Source: a virus
Lineage: Duplodnaviria > Caudoviricetes
Strand: one strand, 5' to 3'
Virus record (IMG/VR): IMGVR_UViG_2593339134_000001
DNA: 64,000 nucleotides
Shown: piece after piece, positions 45,000 through 53,289 of the stretch
Layout of the letters: each line of letters opens with the position of its first letter
How positions within the stretch are numbered: the first letter of the stretch is position 1
The notes under the pieces: model-generated
Seen by the model: only the letters and a program-made list of their open reading frames with translations
Told to the model about the DNA's origin: nothing
Databases searched by the model: none
Made by a program: the position numbers and the translations under genes

Positions 45000-46991
45000 T
45001 CAGGCGGCCAGCGTGCCGCTATAGGCCCGTGCGTGGACGACGATGGTGATGTAATTGATCGGGATGCCCACCGCCGCATCGACCTGGATCGCCAGCACAT
45101 CGCCGGAAAGGTCCAGCCGCAGGTTTTTCCAGGGCGGGTTTTCCGCATCGCCCACCAGGAGGCCGATACCGTTCGGCTCGGGCTTCGAGAGTTCGTCCAG
45201 CACCGCCGCGCAGCGCGTGCGGGCGTCGGCCATGCGGAACGGGCTCCCGGTGCGGCCGACGATGGGCTGCAAGGCTTCGCGCAGGTTGCGGGCCAGGAAG
45301 TCGTAGCCCGCGCCGACCGAGATTTCCACCTTGTCGTAGTTGTCGTTGATGAGCCAAGCGCTGATCGACTTGCAGACAAAGTAGCCGGTGGGGCGGTTTT
45401 CCAGCGGGATGACGCCGCCCCGGATGAGCGGGTCGGTATCGGTGGGCACGCGCAGCTTGCGTTCCACGCCCTCGACATTCAGGGCGCGGTTGGTCATGGC
45501 CTGGCCGGGGTTCTGCCCGGCGAAGCCGGCGGCGATCATCGCGGCGGCGACATAGGCCGGGTACAGCGTCAGCGCGCCGTTGGCGTTGTAGAGGTAGGCC
45601 CCGAGGTGGACGAGCGCGGTGCGGTCGGAGTTCAGCGCCTTGGCGGCGGCGATGGCGGCGGCATCCGTGGTGCCCGTGGCGGTGCCCACGAAATTCCGGC
45701 GCTCGCTGCGCGCCACCTTGCTCATGTAGGCGCAATGCGCGTCGGCCATATCCCAGACCGCGGGGTTGGACGACAGCGGCGCGACCCACTGCACATCCTC
45801 CGCTTGCAGGGCGGTGAAGGCCGCCGTCCAATCCTGCACGGTGGTCGATCCGTCCGAGCCGCCGGCCAGGTAGGTCCAATCCTGGTTGGCGGGGGGTAAC
45901 GCGCCGGCGCGGCGGGCGTTGACGAATCCCTCGCTGCCCGAGTTGAACCAATCCACGCACGCCTGTAGGTCGCCGGTCACGGTCACCGGGGTGAAACCGA
46001 CGATCGCATAGGCCGAGGTTTTCACATCATGCTGGAGGGTTGTCCTGAGTTGGTACGCGGCCGTGAACGCCCCGAGCGATCCCGATACGGAAGCGGTCCA
46101 GCCCCCCAGTCCGTCGATGGCCGCCACCACATCGGCGATGGTCGGGTTGTCGGTCACGAGGTCCAGCGTGGCGACCGCGGTGCCCGTCGGGGCTTCCAGC
46201 ACGATTTGCGTGGCCGTGATCGTAATCGCCGCCGATGCCGCCCCTCCCGTGAATTGGACGTTGGCGACAGTGGCGGAGGCCAGGGCTTGGTTGGCCAGGG
46301 CATCCAAACCATTGAGGGCGGGCTTGTCCTCGTTGCCGTCCAATACGGTGGCGAGCCAGCCCGGGGTCACGCTGATGCGGTCGGCCAGCGCCTGTACGGT
46401 GCCGAAATCGTTCAGGCCGATGGTCGCCACCGCCGTGCCCACGGGGGCTTCCAACGTGACCTGGGTATTCGTCACCGACAGCCGGGCGTCGGCCATCACG
46501 CCGTGGTACTGCACCGACAGCGCATCCCGGTGGATGTCGTCCTGGGTGTAGTAGCGGGTCCCGACCTGGGTGGTGATCTTCTTGCCCTTGTGGGTGCCGG
46601 ACTCGACCTTCACCTTGTCGGCGTTGCCGCCCAACCCGTACCGGGTCGCGGTCAGGGCGATGGCGTTGCCCGAACCGGCGTCCAACAGCGTCAGCGCCGC
46701 CTGGGTGGACGGGGCCGGGCTCACGAACACGATGGTCGCGGGAGCGCCGGTTTCGGGGCTGGGGTCGAAACAGGCCGTGACCGCCACCAGGGCCTCGCCG
46801 TCCACGCCCGCGTCGATGGCGTCCTGTGGACCGCCGAAGCGATAGGCGGTCTTGGGTTCGAGGGCCGGGGCCGATCCCAGGATGGCAAGCACATTGCCGA
46901 CGGTCAAATTGCGGTTTGCCAGCGCCGTATCGTCGATCCTGGAAACGACGGCAGGGGTTATGTATAGCTGGCCGTCAAAAAAAAACGCCAT
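45000..46991 (-). CDS. Tail sheath protein
   Basis: 663 aa; 'L.GGSDG', 'AH...MS....ERR..VG', 'P...I.YI' sheath motifs; contains an internal duplicated segment. Confidence 0.9.
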   Translation of the reverse strand: MAFFFDGQLYITPAVVSRIDDTALANRNLTVGNVLAILGSAPALEPKTAYRFGGPQDAIDAGVDGEALVAVTACFDPSPETGAPATIVFVSPAPSTQAALTLLDAGSGNAIALTATRYGLGGNADKVKVESGTHKGKKITTQVGTRYYTQDDIHRDALSVQYHGVMADARLSVTNTQVTLEAPVGTAVATIGLNDFGTVQALADRISVTPGWLATVLDGNEDKPALNGLDALANQALASATVANVQFTGGAASAAITITATQIVLEAPTGTAVATLDLVTDNPTIADVVAAIDGLGGWTASVSGSLGAFTAAYQLRTTLQHDVKTSAYAIVGFTPVTVTGDLQACVDWFNSGSEGFVNARRAGALPPANQDWTYLAGGSDGSTTVQDWTAAFTALQAEDVQWVAPLSSNPAVWDMADAHCAYMSKVARSERRNFVGTATGTTDAAAIAAAKALNSDRTALVHLGAYLYNANGALTLYPAYVAAAMIAAGFAGQNPGQAMTNRALNVEGVERKLRVPTDTDPLIRGGVIPLENRPTGYFVCKSISAWLINDNYDKVEISVGAGYDFLARNLREALQPIVGRTGSPFRMADARTRCAAVLDELSKPEPNGIGLLVGDAENPPWKNLRLDLSGDVLAIQVDAAVGIPINYITIVVHARAYSGTLAA

Positions 46992-47008
46992 GTCGGCTTA
47001 CCTCTCGC

Positions 47009-47302
47009 TCAGGCCGGGGTTTGCATGAAGGCATCGAAGCGGGCGCCATACGCCGCTTCGGTATCGCGCAGCCGTCCCGCGCGTTTTTCCGCGCCATAGA
47101 AGGCCGATACCGCCTCCGGGGCGTGCTGGCGGGATAGCGCCCGGCACGCCTCGTCCAGCGACGTGGCGAACCGCTCCGGGGCCATCGCCGTGGACGGCGG
47201 CGGCGCGGGCACGGGGGGCGATGCCACCAGCCCGGCGGCGGTGGCGGAGGGTTCTTCGGGGGATGGAGGAAGAGTCTTTGCCATGTCTGCGTCGTCGCTC
47301 AT
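47009..47302 (-). CDS. Small protein upstream of sheath
   Basis: ATG 47302 overlaps the upstream stop. Confidence 0.6.
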   Translation of the reverse strand: MSDDADMAKTLPPSPEEPSATAAGLVASPPVPAPPPSTAMAPERFATSLDEACRALSRQHAPEAVSAFYGAEKRAGRLRDTEAAYGARFDAFMQTPA

Positions 47303-48219
47303 GATGTGTAAACGTGGTTGATGGCGGTGCCGGTGCGGTCGTCGTCGATGCCCGAGAACACGAGGCCGGCCAGGGTTCCGGCGACGGTATAGACCGGGGC
47401 GTCGAACTCGCCTTCCAGGTATTCCACGGCGGCGGGGTTCCATGCCGCGCCCTGTAGCCCGGCGGTCTCGAAGACCGGCACATTGCCGGCCATCAGCGCC
47501 CGCAAGGCCCGGTGCAAGGTCACGCGCTCATCCGGGTTGAGGCTCCATGCCCCCACCTCGATGGTGACGTTCGCCAGCCAGCCGGTGCGTTCGGTGAATT
47601 CGTCCTCGCCGGACGCCACGTACCACACGGCGCCCATATCCAGGCCGACGGCGTGTTCGGCGGGCGTCTCCGACCGGAGTTGTACCGTCACGACCGGCCA
47701 GCGCGTGTGCGCGGCCTGCGGGGGGCCGGTCAATACGTCGATGCGGGTGGATTGCAGCGTGCCGGCCTGCGGCAGGAGTTCCCCACGGGCCACGTAGACG
47801 GCCAGCCCCTCGTCCAACCGGTCGCGGACCAGGAGGACGGGATTCAGGGTTGCATCGCGGAAGGTGGCACGGGGCGTGGCAACGGTGGTTTCGGCGTCCA
47901 GGGTCCACAAGACGCCGTTCCAGTAGTAGGCCCGGTAGTAATAGGTGACGCCGTTCAGCAGGGCTTGGTAGTCCAGCGCGGCCCGCTCGTCGCCGTCGTA
48001 GACGACCGAGGCGGCGGGGTCCACGGGCAGCGGGTCGCCGACATAGAAGGCGTTCGGGGCATAGGTGTTGGACGCGCCCCAATCGCCGGTTTCGGGCGGG
48101 GCCAGCCAGTCGTCGGTGGTCTTGCGGAGGACGATCCAGCGCCACGCGCCCACCGGGGGCGCGATGTATAGGCGGATGGCGTTGCCTATGGCGAGGGGTT
48201 CGGCGCGGGTGATGCTCAT
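47299..48219 (-). CDS. Tail terminator/completion-like protein with N-terminal FN3-like segment
   Basis: ATG 48219 just after the late promoter; 'L.NG.TYYY.AY', 'WP.VTVQL'. Confidence 0.65.
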   Translation of the reverse strand: MSITRAEPLAIGNAIRLYIAPPVGAWRWIVLRKTTDDWLAPPETGDWGASNTYAPNAFYVGDPLPVDPAASVVYDGDERAALDYQALLNGVTYYYRAYYWNGVLWTLDAETTVATPRATFRDATLNPVLLVRDRLDEGLAVYVARGELLPQAGTLQSTRIDVLTGPPQAAHTRWPVVTVQLRSETPAEHAVGLDMGAVWYVASGEDEFTERTGWLANVTIEVGAWSLNPDERVTLHRALRALMAGNVPVFETAGLQGAAWNPAAVEYLEGEFDAPVYTVAGTLAGLVFSGIDDDRTGTAINHVYTS

Positions 48220-48227
48220 GGGCGGGT

Positions 48228-48244
48228 AGGATGGCGTCACGACC
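48228..48244 (-). promoter_or_regulatory. Putative late promoter 6
   Basis: GGTCGTGAC-gc-CATCCT; motif starts 25 nt before ATG 48219. Confidence 0.8.
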
Positions 48245-48289
48245 CGACGCTGGGTTTGCGGGCATTGACGCCGCGCCGGTTCGGATATG

Positions 48290-48317
48290 AAAAAGCCCGG
48301 TCTAGCCGGGCTTTTTT
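48290..48317. terminator. Intrinsic terminator
   Basis: AAAAAGCCCGG-TCTAG-CCGGGCTTTTTT after the mnt-like gene. Confidence 0.85.
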
Positions 48318-48624
48318 ATTCGCGGTCATCAATGACCAGTGGCGTTCCGGGCTTAAGCTTGGATAGATCAACTGGATTCTTCCGTATCTCTTCCTCAAGG
48401 CGCTTGAAGTCTGCCCTCAGTTTTTCAGCAAGCATGGAGGCCAGGCGCTCCTCCTGATCCTTTGCGTATTCTTTCAACTCGCTCGCGGCGGGGGCATACG
48501 AAGCCTCAAGCCGAGCAACGATCTCGGCGTTCATGCTGCGCCGGTTTTGGTAGGCGGACTCCTCAATTCTTGCCTTCAAGTCTTCGGGCAAGCGGATTTT
48601 CATTTGGGGTGCTTCTCTACTCAT
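48316..48624 (-). CDS. Arc/Mnt-family repressor (paralog of 16874-17185)
   Basis: 'PQMKIRLP.DLK.RIE.SA..NRRSMNAEIVARLE.S'; shares 'FKRLEEEIRKNPVDLSKL'. Confidence 0.88.
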   Translation of the reverse strand: MSREAPQMKIRLPEDLKARIEESAYQNRRSMNAEIVARLEASYAPAASELKEYAKDQEERLASMLAEKLRADFKRLEEEIRKNPVDLSKLKPGTPLVIDDRE

Positions 48625-48713
48625 GCCCGAATAATACACCACGATGGTTCTTGCATGAATGAACCGTCGTGGTTTACGATAAACCACTCTGGTTCACTAT
48701 AAAGGAGCGAATC

Positions 48714-48890
48714 ATGACCACCGCAAAGTCGGCACCGTCAATGTCAGTGCGATTACCAAACGACCTAAAGGAATGGATTGCAGCGGAAGCTGGCCGGAAC
48801 TACCGATCTCTGAATGCGGAGATCGTGGTCCGACTAAAGCAGTGCATGGACGCCGAAAAGAGAAAAGCCCCAAGTGTTGCAACCACTTGA
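48714..48890 (+). CDS. Arc-family repressor (paralog of 16564-16770)
   Basis: AAGGAG RBS; 'VRLP.DLKEWI..EA.RNYRSLNAEIV.RLKQCMDA'. Confidence 0.88.
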   Translation: MTTAKSAPSMSVRLPNDLKEWIAAEAGRNYRSLNAEIVVRLKQCMDAEKRKAPSVATT

Positions 48891-48937
48891 GGCTTCGATG
48901 TGATGAACACTACCACTTCAAAAGTAGGTAACACCCT

Positions 48938-49720
48938 ATGAATCCTACCACAGCCTTCCAATTCCAAGAATCCCGCGAACTCCGCGTCATCATCGTTGAC
49001 GGTGAACCCTGGTTCGTCGCCAACGACGTTTGTGCTGTGCTGGAGCATGGCAACCCACGCCAAGTTATCAGCCGCCTGGATGACGATGAAAAGGGGGTCC
49101 ACAATGTGGACACCCCTGGCGGCCCCCAGGAAATGACCCTCATCAACGAATCCGGCCTCTACTCCCTGATCCTCACCAGCCGCAAGCCCGAGGCCAAGAA
49201 GTTCAAGAAGTGGGTGACTGCGGAAGTCCTCCCGGCCATCCGCAAGACCGGGCGCTATGTCCACCCCGAAGCGGCCCAGCCCGCCCCCGCGCCCCTGGGC
49301 GAGATCGCGCAATGGGTGGTGGGCGAATACACCCGCAGCCTGGGGCGCTACCTCAACCGCTCCAACCAGCAGATCAGCCCCCGCATCCACACCCACCTCC
49401 GGGCCAAGTTCGGCGTCGGCAACGTCCGCGACATCCCCGCCGACCGCCTCGACGAATTGCTGAACCTGCTGGAAGCCTTCCACGGACAGGCCTACCGCCT
49501 GTGGTGGACCTGCCTCAACCTGGAATTGGCCCTGCTGCAAACCCTGCACGTCCCGGTCCACGAGACACGGCGGGAGCTGCCCGCCGCCATCCTGCAAGCC
49601 ATGGCCGCCGTGGCCGAACCCAAGCTGGGCGAAGGCAGCGCCGCGCTCGCCATCCGCGACAAGGCCTTCCACCAACTGGCGGCGCGCATCCCGCGCCAGG
49701 AATCCCTCCCGCTCCACTGA
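48938..49720 (+). CDS. BRO-N antirepressor-like protein
   Basis: BRO-N motifs; C-terminal ~200 aa identical to those of 39074-39874. Confidence 0.92.
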   Translation: MNPTTAFQFQESRELRVIIVDGEPWFVANDVCAVLEHGNPRQVISRLDDDEKGVHNVDTPGGPQEMTLINESGLYSLILTSRKPEAKKFKKWVTAEVLPAIRKTGRYVHPEAAQPAPAPLGEIAQWVVGEYTRSLGRYLNRSNQQISPRIHTHLRAKFGVGNVRDIPADRLDELLNLLEAFHGQAYRLWWTCLNLELALLQTLHVPVHETRRELPAAILQAMAAVAEPKLGEGSAALAIRDKAFHQLAARIPRQESLPLH

Positions 49721-49748
49721 GGAACCCCCGCCGCAAGGACGCGGCCCC
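49110..49748 (+). repeat. 639-bp inverted repeat, right copy
   Basis: Partner of 39046-39684; a shorter diverged third copy lies at 14260-~14710 plus 12615-12645. Confidence 0.95.
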
Positions 49749-49766
49749 TTGCCCAGGCCGCCCACA

Positions 49767-50492
49767 TCAGAGTCCCGCCCCCGGCTTGGGCCCGCCAGAA
49801 TCGCTGCTTCCAATCTGGACACCCTCGTGCTTGTGGTGGCGAAGGCCGATCTCGGCTCCACCATCAACGCCCCCGAGGACGACATCCCCATCCACCACCA
49901 GCGTCTTCGTGATATGCACATCGGCGGCGATGGTCAGGGCGTTGGATAGCGTCATCGTGGCCGTGCCGTCCGGATTCACCACAAGGTCGAAGGCGGGCGT
50001 CTGGATGCGGAAGTAGGTCGGCGTGCCGGAGGCCGGGACATGCCAATTCTTGTCGAAACCCTGGCCCTGGAACTCCCGGAACTCGGTGGACGCGCCCACC
50101 AGCACCTTGATCCCCGCCGGGTGTTGCCACTGGTAGTTCCCGGCGGCATCCACGGCGCTGAACACGCCCGAGGCGTGGCGCTGGATGCGCAGGTTCTTTT
50201 CCTTGAACGCCATCTGCGAAACCGGCGGGAACCGGAAGCCCAGGCAATGGGGCATCCCGTGTTGGTCGGTGGCGATGAGCGCCACCCGCTCCCGCTGGCC
50301 GAGCGGGGCCGTGGCCGGGTCTTGGCCGTGGCCCAAGACCGGGGCGGGCAGATCGATGGTGCCGCCGTCGGACGCGGCGTCCAGGCTGTAGACCGGCACC
50401 CCGACCAGGCGGCGGCCATCGCGCAGCGACACGCAGTCGATGGACGGGCCTTCGGGGTGGACGGCGATGACGCGGGCGTGTTCGAGCTTCAT
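49767..50492 (-). CDS. Baseplate central spike (gpV/gp45-like)
   Basis: N-terminal OB-like region, 'H.SG' beta repeats, C-terminal 'L..H.H.GV..G' metal-binding apex. Confidence 0.8.
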   Translation of the reverse strand: MKLEHARVIAVHPEGPSIDCVSLRDGRRLVGVPVYSLDAASDGGTIDLPAPVLGHGQDPATAPLGQRERVALIATDQHGMPHCLGFRFPPVSQMAFKEKNLRIQRHASGVFSAVDAAGNYQWQHPAGIKVLVGASTEFREFQGQGFDKNWHVPASGTPTYFRIQTPAFDLVVNPDGTATMTLSNALTIAADVHITKTLVVDGDVVLGGVDGGAEIGLRHHKHEGVQIGSSDSGGPKPGAGL

Positions 50493-51889
50493 GCGGCGGC
50501 GCGGACGAACAGGAGGGGAATCGACTTTATCATCTTGGGCCTCCCGGAATGGTCGAGCACCTTATCCTTGAATTCGGCAAAAGGCATCGTGGTCACGGGG
50601 CCGAGGAAGCGCGGATCGTCGTAGTGGCCCAGATAGGCGGCGACGGCGCTTTCCTTGTCGGGAAAGCCGATCATGCACTTATCCTCGTCCCAGTCCTTCC
50701 AATTCCCGGCCTTGCGCTGGTGGACGATATAGACGCTCTCGGCGTCCTCGTCCGGGCCGACGTAGACATCGACAGGGTCGCCGTCCGGGGCCACGCCGAG
50801 GCTTCCCCGGATATATCCATAATCGTGTTTCATCTTGATCGACCACGCGTGGCCGTCCGGGTCCGTGCCGGAGCGGGTGGAACCGGCGGGATTCTCGATG
50901 CTGATGTCTAGACCACGGAAGCGGCGATGCCCTTTTTTGTAATTCCCGGCCTGGATTTGGGCTGCGGTGGGTTGGGCCTTGTGCAGGCTCATGTATTCCA
51001 AAATGGCCTTTGGCATGGGTTCGCCGTTGGCGTCCACGCCGCCTGAAAGCTTTGGCACATGCTTTAGGTTAACCCCATTGAATACGGACAAAAGGCGATG
51101 TATAGTTACGGTAGACCCGGAATGAGAGGGATGTACGACTTCGGCTGGATTAGCTGAAGTATCGAGTCCCGGTCCTACCGGGTCTTCCACCTTGCTTTTC
51201 AGCACAGCCACATCATAAAGCTTCAATCTAGCCATTTCTGGCGGTCCAGCTAACGATTCCCGCACCGTCAGCTTCACAGCATAAAGGTTCCCATTAACCT
51301 TTAATGGTGCCACGAAAGTATGGAATGCCTCCGTATCAGATACCCGTCTAGCATCTGGCGGATTCTTATCCAGCCAAACGGCGCGACGAACCAAGTGAGC
51401 CAATTTTTCCACCACTTGGGCATCCATTGGCGCTTTGATCCCAGAAAAAGATTCTCCCTTGCCCTCCGCAGTAAATCGGATTTTCCGATTCATGTCCAAG
51501 TTTAGAATCTCGTGGCCCTGCAAACGTTCGGCATATACGCGCCGGGCCATATTTTGCAATATCTTTAAATCGCCCTGCCACCCAGGTATAGACAAAGAAG
51601 TAATATAAGCTGATTTTACCGGAATTTCCCAATCCCCGAACCAAACCTTGAACTCGGGCGTCCGAACGAGATTCCACTGCGACTCATTCAAATTCGACGG
51701 CTTGCCATTCGGGGCCAACCGCGCGTGGGGCGGCGGATGACCGAAACCGCCCCTATCGTTGCGCTCGTGCGACGACCAATAGCCGCCATTATTGCGGTAA
51801 TACCCGCGCACATGGGTTTTGAGGAATAAAACGGGTATCACCATCGATTTCCGCAGGGGTAGGGATCGGTCGGGGAAAGGCATCTTCAT
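50489..51889 (-). CDS. Polyvalent protein: LPD3-like domain plus inorganic pyrophosphatase-like (InPase) domain
   Basis: 'LAPNGKPSNL...QW..VRTP.FK.WFGDWE'; 'F.APL..NG..Y.VKLTVRE'; 'PT.AQ..AGNYKKGH...GL.ISIENP.GS.R.G', 'YGYI', 'DGD.VDVY.G', 'DEDK.M.GF'. Confidence 0.85.
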   Translation of the reverse strand: MKMPFPDRSLPLRKSMVIPVLFLKTHVRGYYRNNGGYWSSHERNDRGGFGHPPPHARLAPNGKPSNLNESQWNLVRTPEFKVWFGDWEIPVKSAYITSLSIPGWQGDLKILQNMARRVYAERLQGHEILNLDMNRKIRFTAEGKGESFSGIKAPMDAQVVEKLAHLVRRAVWLDKNPPDARRVSDTEAFHTFVAPLKVNGNLYAVKLTVRESLAGPPEMARLKLYDVAVLKSKVEDPVGPGLDTSANPAEVVHPSHSGSTVTIHRLLSVFNGVNLKHVPKLSGGVDANGEPMPKAILEYMSLHKAQPTAAQIQAGNYKKGHRRFRGLDISIENPAGSTRSGTDPDGHAWSIKMKHDYGYIRGSLGVAPDGDPVDVYVGPDEDAESVYIVHQRKAGNWKDWDEDKCMIGFPDKESAVAAYLGHYDDPRFLGPVTTMPFAEFKDKVLDHSGRPKMIKSIPLLFVRAAA

Positions 51890-51901
51890 GGCCTGGATTC
51901 C

Positions 51902-53053
51902 TTATTTCCGTTTCAACAGGTTATCGAGATAGGCCGCGAACTGTGGATCGTCGTTGGGCTTGGCGTCCGGCAACTTGAGCCAAGTGCCGCGGCAATGGGG
52001 GTGCATGACGCCAGAAGCAAGCCACCAAAGCTCGTCCGGTTCTCGCGCTATCAGCACACCACCCACCCGCTTGCGGGGCGAGGCCGAGCGCCCGATGTTG
52101 GTTTTTCCGGCCCATATCATGGTCTCGCCGTCCAGCGGAACGGTATCGGGCGATACCACCTTCATGATCCGACCATCCACGCGGCGGCAGGCGCTACAAG
52201 CCCCCCGGTACATCTCCACCCGTTTGAGCCGGGCACTGGGCGGGAATCCCGCAACCATGCCCTGGTTCTGCATCTCCGCCGTTTCGGTCACGGCGATCCG
52301 CCGCCAATCGCGGTTCCACCGCCCGAATTGGTCCAGCAGTTCTCCCCGCAGGTCGTCCGCCTTGTTGCCCAGGCTGACCGCCTCCTGGTGCCCGACCAGC
52401 GTTTTGCGGATGGCGCTCCGCATGTTGTTGGTCAACTGGACGATGTTTTCCGCCGCCCTGGCCCGGCCATAGTCCAGCACGGCCCGCTGGACCTTCGTGG
52501 CTTCCAACTGTCGGGCCTGCCGCACCGCGTCGGCATCGAGGAGACGTTGCGCTTGCCGTTCGGTGATGTTCGCCATATTGGCCTGGACCCGCCCCATGAG
52601 CGTGGCCCGCGTCGCCAGCCAGTCGGCCTCGGCCACGAGTTGATCGTGCGGGAGGTAGCGCTGAAAGAGGTAATCCACCACCAGCATCCAGTCATCTAGG
52701 GCGAAGCGCTGGGGTGGGAGGGTTTCGAGGTAAAGCTTGGCGATGGATAGTTCGGCCCGGCTCCAGCGCCCCATCAGGCCGGGCCGTTCGACCGGGGCGC
52801 GGGTACCAGGCCGGTGCGGCTCGAACTTGAGCCAGCGGTCGAGTTCGGCCTGTAGCCCGGCGATTTGCATCAGGCCGCGCCGGGTGAAGCGCTCGATGAG
52901 ATCGCGCAGGAACGGCGAGTGGTGCGGCTCCCAGATGTCGCCGCCGGGCGGTTCATCGGAGATAGCCTTGTAGATGTGTTCAAGCGCCGCGTCGGTTTGC
53001 GCGGGCGTGAGTGTGGAAATGTCGAGAAGCGTGGCGGTGTCGGGGTCGATCAT
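51902..53053 (-). CDS. MuF/gp7-like minor head protein
   Basis: 'RDW.RIA.TE', 'AC..C', 'HPHCRG'. Confidence 0.8.
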   Translation of the reverse strand: MIDPDTATLLDISTLTPAQTDAALEHIYKAISDEPPGGDIWEPHHSPFLRDLIERFTRRGLMQIAGLQAELDRWLKFEPHRPGTRAPVERPGLMGRWSRAELSIAKLYLETLPPQRFALDDWMLVVDYLFQRYLPHDQLVAEADWLATRATLMGRVQANMANITERQAQRLLDADAVRQARQLEATKVQRAVLDYGRARAAENIVQLTNNMRSAIRKTLVGHQEAVSLGNKADDLRGELLDQFGRWNRDWRRIAVTETAEMQNQGMVAGFPPSARLKRVEMYRGACSACRRVDGRIMKVVSPDTVPLDGETMIWAGKTNIGRSASPRKRVGGVLIAREPDELWWLASGVMHPHCRGTWLKLPDAKPNDDPQFAAYLDNLLKRK

Positions 53054-53059
53054 GGCCCA

Positions 53060-53076
53060 AGGGTACGGTCACGACC
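53060..53076 (-). promoter_or_regulatory. Putative late promoter 7 (leaderless)
   Basis: GGTCGTGAC-cg-TACCCT-N6-ATG 53053. Confidence 0.8.
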
Positions 53077-53091
53077 TAAGCACCAGGATTT

Positions 53092-53289
53092 CTAATCGCG
53101 CTCTGCGTCGATTTTTTCCATCATCTTCCTAACTTCCGGTCCATCGATAATATACCCCCAGCTAATCGGTTTTTCCTTCCCGGCATCCGCATAGGGAATC
53201 CAACCTTTCCCGCCACCCACATAAACCTCAGTGGGGTTGCTACGGGATGGACCACGGAATAATGCACCTTCGTTTTCTATGAAAACCAT
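53092..53289 (-). CDS. Small protein coupled to the RelA/SpoT-like gene (candidate immunity protein)
   Basis: ATG 53289 overlaps the upstream 3' end; same lower-GC composition as the RelA/SpoT domain. Confidence 0.6.
   Translation of the reverse strand: MVFIENEGALFRGPSRSNPTEVYVGGGKGWIPYADAGKEKPISWGYIIDGPEVRKMMEKIDAERD

Noticed and set aside
47687-47695. Extra GGTCGTGAC on the minus strand
   Set aside because: Inside a CDS (Val-Val-Thr codons) and lacks the conserved T of the downstream hexamer
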